This document shows, in pieces, positions 40,060 through 50,590 of a stretch of 64,000 nucleotides of DNA. The translations under genes were made by a program, and so were the position numbers. Numbering within the stretch: the stretch's first letter is position 1; every line of letters starts with the position of its first letter. The stretch comes from an uncultured Erysipelotrichaceae bacterium (GTDB lineage: Bacteria > Bacillota_I > Bacilli_A > RF39 > UBA660). The notes beneath the pieces were generated by a model. The model was not told the origin of the DNA. It did no database searches and saw only the letters and a list, made by a program, of their open reading frames with translations. The stretch lies in assembly GCA_902775285.1 (NCBI GenBank), contig CACYLI010000001.1, positions 143,251 to 207,250 of the forward strand, in the 5' to 3' direction.

Positions 40060-41457
40060 TTATTTACTATTTAAAATATCTCTTGCGGCAACTAAACCAG
40101 TAGCAGCAGCAGTTACAATATTTCCTGCTTTACCAGCTCCATCTCCTACAAAATATATATCATAATCTTCTAGTTTAAATTTATTATTTGTATCTATTTC
40201 ATTACTAAAAAATTTAATTTCAGGACCATATAATAATGTTTCATCATTATTTACACCAGGAATAATTTTATCTAATTTTTCAAGACCTTCTAAAATGTTA
40301 GTTATTATTCTATGTGGAAGTATTAAAGCTAAATCACCTGCTACACAATCTTTTAAAGTTGGTTCAATAAATCCTTTGTCTATTCTCTTCCAATCACTTC
40401 TTCTTCCTTTTTTCAAATCTCTTAATGATTGTACAATTGGTTTTCCATCACCTAATACATTAGCTATTCTAGCAATACTTTCTCCATATAATCTGGTATT
40501 TGTTACTGGTTCAGTTAATCCAACTTTACTAATGAATGCAAAATTTGAATTATTAGATTTTATGTCTTTTAATGAATGACCATTTACACAAATAAATCCA
40601 TAATAATTTTCTTTAGCCACAAATCCACCTGGATTAGTACAGAATGTTCTTATTTCATCAGTATATGTATCTGTTTTAATAAATATAGTTGGATCATAAA
40701 TTACATTAGTAATATCTTCAAGTATTTCTTTTCTTACTTCTACTCTAACTCCTATTTCAATACTTTGACTAGTATATGGAATATTATATTTATCAGCTAA
40801 CTCTTGTATCCATTTAGCACCTGTTCTACCAGGAGCAACTACTACTTTTTTAGCAACTATACTATTAGTATCTTTTTTATTTTTTATTATTAATTCATGT
40901 TCAGTCTTACTTTTACTTACAATATCTATAACGTCACTATTTTCATAAATATCTACTCCACTATTATCTAAATAGTCAGTAAAATCTTTAATATATCCAG
41001 GTAATTTATCACTACCTAAATGTTTTTGTTTAATTAATAGAAGTCTAGCACCATGTTTAGCAACTTCCTTTTTAATTTCTTCTGCTTCTTTCATATTAGA
41101 AGGATATACATCACTATCCATATTAAATTTATTGAATATTTTTTCTGTGTCATCTATAAGAGAAAAAGCTTCACTTTGAGACATATATTTGAATAAATCA
41201 CTTTTACCTAACTTAGGAATATAATTAAGTTTTCCATCTGAAAATGTTCCTGCTCCTCCATATCCAGATAGTATTTGACATGGATTACAATTCATACACT
41301 TTCCACCATTAATTTTCATTGGACACATTCTTGTTTCAGCTCTATGTCCTTTATCGATTAATGCTATTTTTAATTTTTTATTATTTTCTATTAGCTCATA
41401 TGCGCAAAACAAACCAGCAGGTCCTGCTCCAACAATTGCTACATCATATTTTTTCAT
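40060..41457 (-). CDS. FAD-dependent protein (COG2509-type NAD(FAD)-utilising dehydrogenase)
   Basis: 465 aa. YDVAIVGAGPAGLFCA dinucleotide fold, GGAGTFSDGKL, C-terminal GDGAGKAGNI. Confidence 0.75.
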   Translation of the reverse strand: MKKYDVAIVGAGPAGLFCAYELIENNKKLKIALIDKGHRAETRMCPMKINGGKCMNCNPCQILSGYGGAGTFSDGKLNYIPKLGKSDLFKYMSQSEAFSLIDDTEKIFNKFNMDSDVYPSNMKEAEEIKKEVAKHGARLLLIKQKHLGSDKLPGYIKDFTDYLDNSGVDIYENSDVIDIVSKSKTEHELIIKNKKDTNSIVAKKVVVAPGRTGAKWIQELADKYNIPYTSQSIEIGVRVEVRKEILEDITNVIYDPTIFIKTDTYTDEIRTFCTNPGGFVAKENYYGFICVNGHSLKDIKSNNSNFAFISKVGLTEPVTNTRLYGESIARIANVLGDGKPIVQSLRDLKKGRRSDWKRIDKGFIEPTLKDCVAGDLALILPHRIITNILEGLEKLDKIIPGVNNDETLLYGPEIKFFSNEIDTNNKFKLEDYDIYFVGDGAGKAGNIVTAAATGLVAARDILNSK

Positions 41458-43343
41458 AAGTACTCCTTCTTTAATTTTTCTTGTTTCTTTTTTTCTTTAA
41501 GTTTCCTTTTCTCTTCTTTTTTTAATTCTTTAAGTCTTCTTTTTTCTTCTTTTCTTTTTCTTTTCAATTCCTTTTTTTCTAACTTTAGTCTTAGTTTCAT
41601 TTCCTTTTTAGATTCAATTTTATTTTCTTCAACGACTTCATTGTTTTCAAGTTTTGTATAAGCAACTTTTCCAACTAGAGTTTTAGGAAGTGAAGCTCTA
41701 AACTCATATTCACTTGGTAAAGAATATGAAGACAAATTTTTTTCACAATGTAATTTTATACTTTTTAAAACTTCTTTTGAAGGTTTAACATCATCTTTAA
41801 GTACAATAAAAGCTTTAGCAACTTGAACCTTTTTAGGATGAGGTATTCCTATAACTGTACTAGTTAACACTTTAGGATGAGTATTTAAAACATTTTCAAT
41901 ATATGTAGGATATAAATTATATCCATTTGAAATAATTACACGTTTTAGTCTTTGTTTAAAAAATACATAACCATCTTCATCCATACATCCAATATCACCA
42001 GTATGAAGCCATAATCTATTATCACTATGAACTCTTAGAGCTTGCATTGTTTCTTTTCTATTATTTAAATAACCTAACATAACAGTTGGTCCACTAATAC
42101 ATATTTCTCCATCATGATTCCTTTTAACCTCGTCATGAGTAGATGTTTCAACTATTTTATAATATGTATCTGGAAAAGGTATTCCAATAGAACCATCCTT
42201 ATATCTTCCAGTTGGTGTTAAACATGTAGCAGCACTAGCTTCAGTAAGTCCATATCCTACTCTTACTTCAGCTGTTGAACCATGATCACGTAAACACTTA
42301 TCAACAAGTTTTTTTAAATCTGAAGACATAAAATCTCCACCACAAACAGCACATTTAATACACGCTAAATCATTTTTACCAATATTACTACTTTTAGCTA
42401 AAGTTTCAAACAATGATGGAACAGCACATAAAAAATTAGGTTGATGTTTTTTAATTTCTTTAACTAAATTTTTAGGAGAAAAATCAGGTATCAATATTAT
42501 TTTCATTCCACAGCATAATGTAGTATGAATACATACTCCTAATCCAAATCCATGGAATATTGGTAATATAGCAAGTATTGAATCTCCTTCTTTAGAAGGA
42601 TCACACATTAAATGTGATTGAAGTGCCAAAGCATTAAAATTTAAATTAGAAAGCAATATTCCTTTAGGACTACCACTAGTTCCTCCACTATATAAAATAA
42701 CTGCTGGATCACTAGCCTTTCTTAAACACATTATTTCACCATCATAACCATATCCATAATTTAGAAATTCTGAATAAGTCATAATATCAGAAGTAGTTTC
42801 AATAATAGGTCTTTGATCTCTAGATTTATATTTATATAAAATCTTTTTAATAGGTTTTAAATTATCTCCAACTGAACCAATAACTATTTTTTTAACCTTT
42901 GTATTATCTATTATTTTTCTTACCTTATCATATACCAAATCTAACACAAATAAAAATGTACTCTCTGATTCATTTAAATAAAGCTCAATTTCATTTTGAG
43001 CAGACAATGGATGAATCATTGCAGCTACTGCTCCAACCATATTTATTGCATAAAACATAATAATTGCAGAAGGAGTATTAGGCATACAAATAGAAATCCT
43101 ATCATTTTCTTTAACTCCTTGAGCTTTTAAACAAGCAGCACAAACTCTAATTTCTTCATAAAATTCTCTAAAAGTAACAGTTTTACCATAATATTCATAA
43201 GCAATATATTCTGGAAATCTAGCTACTGCATCTAAAAGATATCCTACCATAGAAGAAGTACTATAATTTAAATTAGGACTAACTCCTTCTTTATAAAATT
43301 TAATCCATGGTCTATCATTCAATATTGACTGTTTCATCTGCAT
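41454..43343 (-). CDS. AMP-forming acyl-CoA/acyl-adenylate ligase with K/E-rich C-terminal tail
   Basis: 629 aa. YSGGTSGSPKG (A3), GYGLTE (A5), WLHTGDIG (A7), PKTLVGKV (A10). The last ~70 aa are almost pure Lys/Glu/Leu/Arg. Confidence 0.85.
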   Translation of the reverse strand: MQMKQSILNDRPWIKFYKEGVSPNLNYSTSSMVGYLLDAVARFPEYIAYEYYGKTVTFREFYEEIRVCAACLKAQGVKENDRISICMPNTPSAIIMFYAINMVGAVAAMIHPLSAQNEIELYLNESESTFLFVLDLVYDKVRKIIDNTKVKKIVIGSVGDNLKPIKKILYKYKSRDQRPIIETTSDIMTYSEFLNYGYGYDGEIMCLRKASDPAVILYSGGTSGSPKGILLSNLNFNALALQSHLMCDPSKEGDSILAILPIFHGFGLGVCIHTTLCCGMKIILIPDFSPKNLVKEIKKHQPNFLCAVPSLFETLAKSSNIGKNDLACIKCAVCGGDFMSSDLKKLVDKCLRDHGSTAEVRVGYGLTEASAATCLTPTGRYKDGSIGIPFPDTYYKIVETSTHDEVKRNHDGEICISGPTVMLGYLNNRKETMQALRVHSDNRLWLHTGDIGCMDEDGYVFFKQRLKRVIISNGYNLYPTYIENVLNTHPKVLTSTVIGIPHPKKVQVAKAFIVLKDDVKPSKEVLKSIKLHCEKNLSSYSLPSEYEFRASLPKTLVGKVAYTKLENNEVVEENKIESKKEMKLRLKLEKKELKRKRKEEKRRLKELKKEEKRKLKEKKKQEKLKKEYL

Positions 43344-44178
43344 CTTCCTCCAATAACTTTGGATTATTCAAAATATATTGTAATAATTGAAGAGATTTAA
43401 TCAAATAAAAACCATCTGTTGCTCTCTCATCAAAATTAGCACCAAATTCACATAATTTTCTTAATGTTTTCTTACCATCTATTATTACTTCTTCTTCTTT
43501 TATTTCTCCGATTGTTGCAAGACCACTAGATATTCCAAATTCATTTATATTGTGATGAATTGCTCCAAAATGAAAAGTACCTAAATTAGATAATATTAAA
43601 CTACTATAATAAATATTATCATCAGCAAGAAAATCTGGTAATATTCCTTTTTTATCCATCCACTTAAAGAAACCAACAACAGGTACTCTAATAATATTTG
43701 GAAGTTTAGCTAATACATCTATAGCACTATTAGTTCCTTTTTTATCAGTGACCTCATTCTTTTTAGCATTTTTTCTTACGCCACTAACTTTATCATTTAT
43801 TTTTTTACTGATAGTATTTATATTATCTTTAGGATCGACCTTAACAGAAATCATCATTTCTTCTGCTTTATCATTAAATGCTACTTTCGCTACAAAAGCA
43901 AAAGAAACATCATTATGTTCATATATATGTCTATTTTTTACAAATCTATTTAAAACAGGTCTATTATAAAATGTTTTTCCAAGAGCAGTTATAAAAGCTT
44001 GAAAGAATGTAATATGTTCTCCAGCTTTCTTTTTCTTTGCTAAATAATCCATTAATGCTGTAACATCAAATTTTTCATTTGCAAATAAATAGCTTTCTTG
44101 TCTAGTAGGTCTGATATCACAATTAAGTTGCATCATACCTGTAATATCTTTAACTTTATGACCAAATTTTTTTCTCAT
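43315..44178 (-). CDS. 2-oxoacid-dehydrogenase-E2/CAT-fold acyltransferase-like protein, catalytic domain only, His-to-Glu variant
   Basis: 287 aa. No lipoyl or subunit-binding domains. C-terminal motif ANFDERATDGFY aligns with the E2 DHRxxDG active site. Confidence 0.55.
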   Translation of the reverse strand: MRKKFGHKVKDITGMMQLNCDIRPTRQESYLFANEKFDVTALMDYLAKKKKAGEHITFFQAFITALGKTFYNRPVLNRFVKNRHIYEHNDVSFAFVAKVAFNDKAEEMMISVKVDPKDNINTISKKINDKVSGVRKNAKKNEVTDKKGTNSAIDVLAKLPNIIRVPVVGFFKWMDKKGILPDFLADDNIYYSSLILSNLGTFHFGAIHHNINEFGISSGLATIGEIKEEEVIIDGKKTLRKLCEFGANFDERATDGFYLIKSLQLLQYILNNPKLLEEDADETVNIE

Positions 44179-44204
44179 ACTATCTACCTCACATAAACAA
44201 TTAT

Positions 44205-44239
44205 AAAAAAAAATAGTAAATTATGCAAACAATTTACTA
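44205..44239 (-). terminator. intrinsic terminator after the 694-aa gene
   Basis: TAGTAAATT-ATGCAAAC-AATTTACTA. Minus-strand T-run (A-run 44205-44213). Confidence 0.65.
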
Positions 44240-44243
44240 TTAA

Positions 44244-46328
44244 TTATACAATAACAACATCTCCAATTCTCTTAACATCACTAGCAAATGTTCTTTGTAT
44301 CTCAGCTTCAGTGTCTCTAATTCTTTCATCACATTCTTTTAGTAATATTGCAAAACCTTCTATATAGTTAACTCTTTCTTGCATTAATTCATTTACAGCT
44401 GTTAATGATGCAATTGCATTTTCTGCATCTTCTTTAAATGGATAATATTCTTCATATCCAACTTTTATTCCCATAAAATATTTTGGTCTTGTATAAATTA
44501 TATTTGCTTTGCCTTTCCATTCTTCAATTGATTGTTTGTTTAACTCTAAACAGCTTTTATATTCTTCTAAATTAGAATCATCAAAGTCATTTCCATCTAA
44601 ATAATCATATATTTTTTTATAGTTTTCCCTATATACTTCTTTTAATAAAGTAGCATAAGTTCCTCTATCATGCATACAATTCTTATACTCAGTTAGTGTT
44701 AATTTCATATTAGTAAAAGCAGACCCATATAAAGCGTCATCTTCTAATAAATCATTAATTTCATTTTCTATATATAAAGACTCTTCTATTTCTTCATTAA
44801 ATCTATCATTCAATGGACCTATTAATTCACCATTTGCACCAATAATTGAAGATATTTCATCAAATGTAACACTACCTATCCTACCAGGAATATACTTACT
44901 ATCATCATTATTACTTTTAAGATTATTAAAGAAAGAAACATTAGTAAATTTAGATGAATTATCTGAATCACTATCCTCACCAAAAGTAAAACTATCAGCT
45001 AATGCAGTTAATTCACTTTCAGTTCTTTTAACATCAGAAATCTCACTAGCAGCTGCAAGAATACCATTTTTAGTTTTATAATTAAGTATATTTGAAGCAT
45101 CAAAAAATGCATTTGCACCAGCTAACATATTACTAAGATTTGCATTTTCAAAACTAAGATTTGATCTACCTATTTCAGAACTATCTGCTATATAATTAAT
45201 AATATTCTCAAATTTCCTCATAGCTGCTTCATATTCAACAGATATCACTTCATTATTTTCAAAATTACATCTACTTTTCAAATCATAATAAAATAATTTT
45301 TCTTCTTTAGAATAATCAGAATTCTCAAGTTCATCGAAAACAGACTTATCTATAGTTGTTCTAATCATTTGTCCATTTTTATCTAAAGTACAATATGTTA
45401 ATACATAATTTGCATCTTTATTAAGTATTTCTCCATTTAACATACTATTAATTTGACCATTTTTAATTGCCAAATATAAAGGAGCCATATGATTAGCAGA
45501 AGGTAAATCCATATCTTCCATTGTAACTGCAAGAATATCTGCACCCATATTATTTCCAATTCCAATATTTTTAAGTCCATTTTTTAGATTTCTATCCCCA
45601 ACACTAAAATTATTAGATTCAAAAATTAAATATGTCACATTAGATTTATTAGTAGCTTCAATTGTATTATCTTTAATCTTTATTCCAAATATATCAGAAT
45701 TATCCAAAGGATCAAAAAAAGCACCTACAATATTAGCTTTATCATTTTTTGGATTAGAAGAAGCAATTTGAATAAACTGATCACCTATTTTTGCTCCAGC
45801 ACTAGCATTAGCTACAACTATAGTTTCATACTCATTATTACATGTATCTCTTACTGCATTAAGCGCTAAATCAGTAAGTATTGCAGAATTATGACCTTCA
45901 CTTTCTGATGATACATTACAAATAGCACTAACACAAGGAACAATCGTATTATCATCAATTGCATTTTGAACTCCATTTACCTTCTCAAAATTAGATGGCA
46001 AATTACTAGAAACAGCCGTCACTTGCCCAGTTTGAGAATTCATTTGAGCATAATTTAGCCCACCTTCAGTACTATCTCCACCTTTAGTACCTGGAGAATA
46101 TGTAAAAAACTTTCCTAGAGACTCACTATCACTAGGATTAAATCTACATGTTACATAATATTCTTTACTTCCTTTAACAGCTATTTCAGCAGAATAATAG
46201 CCACTACTTTCATCATATTTTAAATTTCTTACTTCATAGTTATTATCAATACCTAAAGATGAACATGTTTCATCTATTGACTTACCAAAAGAATTAATAA
46301 TTGTTTCTGAATCTATTGTATTTTCCAT
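44244..46328 (-). CDS. large hypothetical cytoplasmic protein (694 aa)
   Basis: Long intact ORF in AT-rich DNA, RBS AGGTG. No signal peptide or TM helix, no motif recognised. 17 nt downstream of the antiporter gene. Confidence 0.6.
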   Translation of the reverse strand: MENTIDSETIINSFGKSIDETCSSLGIDNNYEVRNLKYDESSGYYSAEIAVKGSKEYYVTCRFNPSDSESLGKFFTYSPGTKGGDSTEGGLNYAQMNSQTGQVTAVSSNLPSNFEKVNGVQNAIDDNTIVPCVSAICNVSSESEGHNSAILTDLALNAVRDTCNNEYETIVVANASAGAKIGDQFIQIASSNPKNDKANIVGAFFDPLDNSDIFGIKIKDNTIEATNKSNVTYLIFESNNFSVGDRNLKNGLKNIGIGNNMGADILAVTMEDMDLPSANHMAPLYLAIKNGQINSMLNGEILNKDANYVLTYCTLDKNGQMIRTTIDKSVFDELENSDYSKEEKLFYYDLKSRCNFENNEVISVEYEAAMRKFENIINYIADSSEIGRSNLSFENANLSNMLAGANAFFDASNILNYKTKNGILAAASEISDVKRTESELTALADSFTFGEDSDSDNSSKFTNVSFFNNLKSNNDDSKYIPGRIGSVTFDEISSIIGANGELIGPLNDRFNEEIEESLYIENEINDLLEDDALYGSAFTNMKLTLTEYKNCMHDRGTYATLLKEVYRENYKKIYDYLDGNDFDDSNLEEYKSCLELNKQSIEEWKGKANIIYTRPKYFMGIKVGYEEYYPFKEDAENAIASLTAVNELMQERVNYIEGFAILLKECDERIRDTEAEIQRTFASDVKRIGDVVIV

Positions 46329-46345
46329 AATAACACCTAATAGTA

Positions 46346-47308
46346 TTATACAATAAAAATGTAAGAATAATAAGCAATAAATAATATTAACATAATAGCG
46401 CCTTCAAATTTAGACAAAACTTTATCATTTTTAGCAAAAACATATAATATAAATGCCGCTAAATGAACAAATAAAACATCAATCATATTAAAACTTGTTG
46501 ATTGAAAACCTCCATATATTAATAAAGGAAGCCCAAGAACAACACCTATATTAAATATATTTGTTCCAATAATATTACCTAATGCTATATCAAACTCACC
46601 CTTTTTAGCAGCTACTACTGTCATAGTCATTTCAGGTAATGACGTACCTATAACCACTACTGTCATTGTAATTAGTTTAGTACTAACATTTAACATACCA
46701 GCAAGTATTTGGGCATTATCAACAACCAAATCACTAGCAAATATTATTAGAATACAACAAACAATTGTTAATACAATTGATTTAACCATTCCATATTTTG
46801 GCTTTTCTGTTTCAAAAAAACTTTGTTTCATTTTAACAACACTAATTATATAAAACATAAATACTCCAAAAAAGCATATAAATAATAAACCATCTTGTCT
46901 TGATAATATAAAATCAGAATTTAATTTATCAAAATAATGAGACATTATAGATAAAACAAACATTGAAGTTACAACCAATAGTATAGGAAGTTCTTTTTTA
47001 GTTACTTCATTTTTAACTTTAATAGGACTTACACATGCTGCAAGACCTATAACAAGTAAAATATTTACAACATTACTTCCAAGAACATTCGCAAGAGCTA
47101 TATCTCCAACTCCAGTAGACATACTATTAAATGATATAGCAAGTTCTGGAGCACAAGTTCCAAATGCAGCTATAGTTAATGCAATCATCATTTTAGACAT
47201 CTTAAAATTTGTAGCAATTGAACTAACTGCATCAACAAAAATATCAGAGCTTTTAACTAAAACTACAAAGCCTATTAAAAGTAAAACAATTACTTTAACT
47301 ATCTGCAT
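46346..47308 (-). CDS. Ca2+/Na+ antiporter (CaCA family, YrbG-like)
   Basis: 320 aa, 10 TM helices. Duplicated alpha-repeats GTCAPELAIS...LGSNVVNILLVIG and GTSLPEMTM...IGTNIFNIGVVLG. Confidence 0.88.
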   Translation of the reverse strand: MQIVKVIVLLLIGFVVLVKSSDIFVDAVSSIATNFKMSKMMIALTIAAFGTCAPELAISFNSMSTGVGDIALANVLGSNVVNILLVIGLAACVSPIKVKNEVTKKELPILLVVTSMFVLSIMSHYFDKLNSDFILSRQDGLLFICFFGVFMFYIISVVKMKQSFFETEKPKYGMVKSIVLTIVCCILIIFASDLVVDNAQILAGMLNVSTKLITMTVVVIGTSLPEMTMTVVAAKKGEFDIALGNIIGTNIFNIGVVLGLPLLIYGGFQSTSFNMIDVLFVHLAAFILYVFAKNDKVLSKFEGAIMLILFIAYYSYIFIV

Positions 47309-47372
47309 ACGATACTCTCCTATTCTATTTAGTATTATAAACTAAATTCTTATTTTTTAAAATCCCTTTTTC

Positions 47373-47405
47373 AAAAAAAAAGAATTCTTTACATCTATAA
47401 AGAAT
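47373..47405 (-). terminator. intrinsic terminator after lipid kinase gene
   Basis: ATTCTTTA-CATCTA-TAAAGAAT overlapping the stop codon. Minus-strand T-run (A-run 47373-47381). Confidence 0.6.
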
Positions 47406-48333
47406 CCTCATCAATATTATTAAAAAGTTCATCAATATTTTTACTTGGTAAAAGCATATGATTATCTTTATTAATTTTAATTTCAAAAACTTTTGACTCA
47501 TGAGTTAATTCATCTCCATCAATACACCAAGATGGAGGTACTTCATCAAACTCTAATTTAATATAATCTGTTTTAAAATAAGTAAAACCTGGTATGTCAT
47601 TTAACTCTCTTCTTTTTAAATAATGAACTGCTTTTATAATATCCCATTTACTTTTAATATCACACATAAGTACTTCAAATTTATTATCATCTAATTTAAC
47701 ATCATCATAAATATCTTTAATATTCATTCCACCAACTCTATTACTATTTGTAATAAATATAAAAGAAAATTTATTCTCATAAGTTTTACCATCAATAGTA
47801 TATTTTATATTATGAAATTGCATATTTTGTTTTAATTGTTTTATTCCATAAATAACATATGCAAATTTTCCATATTTTTCTTTTAATTTTCTTGGAGTTG
47901 CATAACTAATATCTACAAATGCTCCCATACATGCAACATATACAAAAGGATTATTATTTATTAAACATACATCTATATTCTTTTTAGTTCCATTTAAGAG
48001 CATTACTATATTTCGAATAGTGTTATTATTCATACCATACATATGAGCAACATCATTTACACTCCCAAGTGGTAAATGTCCAAGTAATATAGGATCTTTT
48101 CTTTCTATATTTCCAGAAATAACTTCATTTAAAGTTCCGTCTCCTCCAGCACACAATAAAAGATCTGTATCTTTTAACTTCTTAGTTATTTCTTTAGCAT
48201 GCCCTCTATATTCTGTGTATTTTATTTCAGTATCATAGCCATAATTTTCAAGTATTTTATATATCTTTTTAACATCATTTCTATTAGTTAATTTACCACT
48301 ATTAGGATTATATATTACTACACATTTTTTCAT
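47395..48333 (-). CDS. diacylglycerol/lipid kinase (DagK/YegS family)
   Basis: 312 aa. VIYNPNSG and GGDGTLNEV motifs. Confidence 0.88.
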   Translation of the reverse strand: MKKCVVIYNPNSGKLTNRNDVKKIYKILENYGYDTEIKYTEYRGHAKEITKKLKDTDLLLCAGGDGTLNEVISGNIERKDPILLGHLPLGSVNDVAHMYGMNNNTIRNIVMLLNGTKKNIDVCLINNNPFVYVACMGAFVDISYATPRKLKEKYGKFAYVIYGIKQLKQNMQFHNIKYTIDGKTYENKFSFIFITNSNRVGGMNIKDIYDDVKLDDNKFEVLMCDIKSKWDIIKAVHYLKRRELNDIPGFTYFKTDYIKLEFDEVPPSWCIDGDELTHESKVFEIKINKDNHMLLPSKNIDELFNNIDEDSL

Positions 48334-48483
48334 AGTATCTCCTTCATAAATTATATTATAACATTCTATAAATTATAAGTAAATTCATCATTTTTTAATT
48401 TACATAAAAAAAATTAAAAAAAGTATACTTTTTTTGTACCAGTTCATAATATTATTGTGATATACTATTAAATTGAGGAGTTT

Positions 48484-50568
48484 ATGAAAAAGAAAAAGAA
48501 TTTAAAAAAGAAAAAAACTAGTAATATTTCAATTATAAATAAATTTTTAGCCGTAATTGTTATAATTATTGGTATTTTTATGTTGCTTGGAGCTGGATTT
48601 TTCTTATTTATATATTTAAATGCTCCTGAATTTAATACAGATTTACTTTATAAACAAGAATCATCAAATATATTTGATTCTAAAGGTGAATTAATTGCTA
48701 CTATAGGTAGTGAAAAAAGACAAATTGTTACTTATAATGAACTTCCTCAAGTTTTAATAGATGCAATCATCGCAACAGAAGACTCAAGATTTTTTGAACA
48801 TGAAGGAATAGATTTACCAAGATTTTTAAAAGCAAGTTATGGATATTTTAAAGGAACTAATGCAGGTGGTGCTTCTACTTTAACTATGCAAGTATCAAAA
48901 AACACTTTTACTAGTACTGAAGCGGAAGGTTTAGATGGAATTATAAGAAAATTTACTGATATTTATATGTCAATATTTAAAATAGAAAAAGATTATTCAA
49001 AAGAAGAAATAATAGAATTTTATGTTAATGCTCCATACTTAGGTGGTGGTAACTATGGAGTTCAAATGGCATCAAAAACTTATTTTGGAAAAGATGTAAG
49101 TAATTTAAATCTAATAGAAGCAGCTATTATAGCAGGTATGTTTCAAGCGCCTGGAGAATATGATCCATATGTAAATCCAGAAAAAACAAACGCAAGAAAA
49201 AATGAAGTAATAAATTTAATGTTAAGACATGGTTATATTACTGAAAACGAAGCTAAAGAAGCAAAAGAAAAAGACATAAGTACTGTTATAAAAGCACAAA
49301 CTAAATCTGTTAATAAATATCAAGGATTCATTGATACTGTTGTTCAAGAAGTAATTGATAGAACTGGTAATAACCCATATGAAGTATCTATGGATATTTA
49401 TTCAACAATGGTTAAAAGTAAACAAGATGTTATAAACAATTTCTATGCTAAATATAAATTCAAAGATAAAAAAGTACAAGTTGGAATTGGAATGATTAAT
49501 AATAAAACTGGTGCAATAATTGCAGTTGGTGCTGGAAGATTTAAAAATAGTGAAATGTCATTAAACTATGCAACTCAAATTAGTAGACACCCTGGTTCAA
49601 CAGCTAAACCACTATTTGATTATGGACCTGGTATAGAATACAAAAATTGGTCAACATATACTCCATTTATTGATAAAGCTGTTAGATATACTGGTGGTGG
49701 AGTAATGCATAATGTAGATAACAGATATCAAGGATTCTTAACTCTTGAACAATGTTTAGTTAGATCAAGAAACACTTGTGCACTTCAAGCATTTCAATCT
49801 ATAAGTAATTCTAAAATAAATAAATTTGTTACAACTCTTGGTATAACACCTGAATACTTAGGTAATACAAAATATATAAATGAAGCACATTCAATAGGTG
49901 GATTTACAGGAGTAAGTCCAGTACAATTAGCAGGTGCTTATCAAGCATTTGGAAATGGTGGTTATTATACTGAACCACATTCAATAACTAAAATTGTTTA
50001 TAAAAATTCAAATGAAGAAATTGTAGAAGAGTTTAATTTTGAAAAAGTTAAAGCTATGAAAGATACTACTGCTTATATGATAGCTTATATGCTTAAAAAA
50101 GTAACAAGCTCATCTGTAAAAGTTAAAGGAACTGACCTTTCTACTAAAACAGGAACAAGTAGTTATGATAGTAAAACGCTTAAAAGATTAGGATTAAGTT
50201 CAAGAAATGTAATTCAAGATGCATGGACAGTAACATTTAGTCCAGATTACTCTGTTGCTATTTGGTATGGATATGATAAATTAACTAAAAAAACATATAA
50301 CACTTCATCTCATGCATGGAGTGAAAGAGTTAAAATACAAAGAGAAATAGTTAATAAAGTAATGGAAAAGAATTCTAGATTTAAACGTCCATCTGGAATA
50401 GTAGCTGCAAAAGTTCAAGTCGGAACAAATCCTCCACTACTATCATCAAGTGGTTCTACATATTTATTTGTAAAAGGAACTCAGCCTAGAAAACGTGCAA
50501 AAGTAGCTTCACCTGCTACCACAACTGCAAAGCAACCAATATCTGCATCTTCCTCTTTAAATAATTAA
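48484..50568 (+). CDS. class A penicillin-binding protein (PBP1A; glycosyltransferase + transpeptidase)
   Basis: 694 aa. TM anchor; GT51 motifs EDSRFFEHEGID, GGSTLTMQ; transpeptidase STAKP, SRN, KTGT. Confidence 0.93.
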   Translation: MKKKKNLKKKKTSNISIINKFLAVIVIIIGIFMLLGAGFFLFIYLNAPEFNTDLLYKQESSNIFDSKGELIATIGSEKRQIVTYNELPQVLIDAIIATEDSRFFEHEGIDLPRFLKASYGYFKGTNAGGASTLTMQVSKNTFTSTEAEGLDGIIRKFTDIYMSIFKIEKDYSKEEIIEFYVNAPYLGGGNYGVQMASKTYFGKDVSNLNLIEAAIIAGMFQAPGEYDPYVNPEKTNARKNEVINLMLRHGYITENEAKEAKEKDISTVIKAQTKSVNKYQGFIDTVVQEVIDRTGNNPYEVSMDIYSTMVKSKQDVINNFYAKYKFKDKKVQVGIGMINNKTGAIIAVGAGRFKNSEMSLNYATQISRHPGSTAKPLFDYGPGIEYKNWSTYTPFIDKAVRYTGGGVMHNVDNRYQGFLTLEQCLVRSRNTCALQAFQSISNSKINKFVTTLGITPEYLGNTKYINEAHSIGGFTGVSPVQLAGAYQAFGNGGYYTEPHSITKIVYKNSNEEIVEEFNFEKVKAMKDTTAYMIAYMLKKVTSSSVKVKGTDLSTKTGTSSYDSKTLKRLGLSSRNVIQDAWTVTFSPDYSVAIWYGYDKLTKKTYNTSSHAWSERVKIQREIVNKVMEKNSRFKRPSGIVAAKVQVGTNPPLLSSSGSTYLFVKGTQPRKRAKVASPATTTAKQPISASSSLNN

Positions 50569-50590
50569 AAAAATATATTATAATTGTCAT

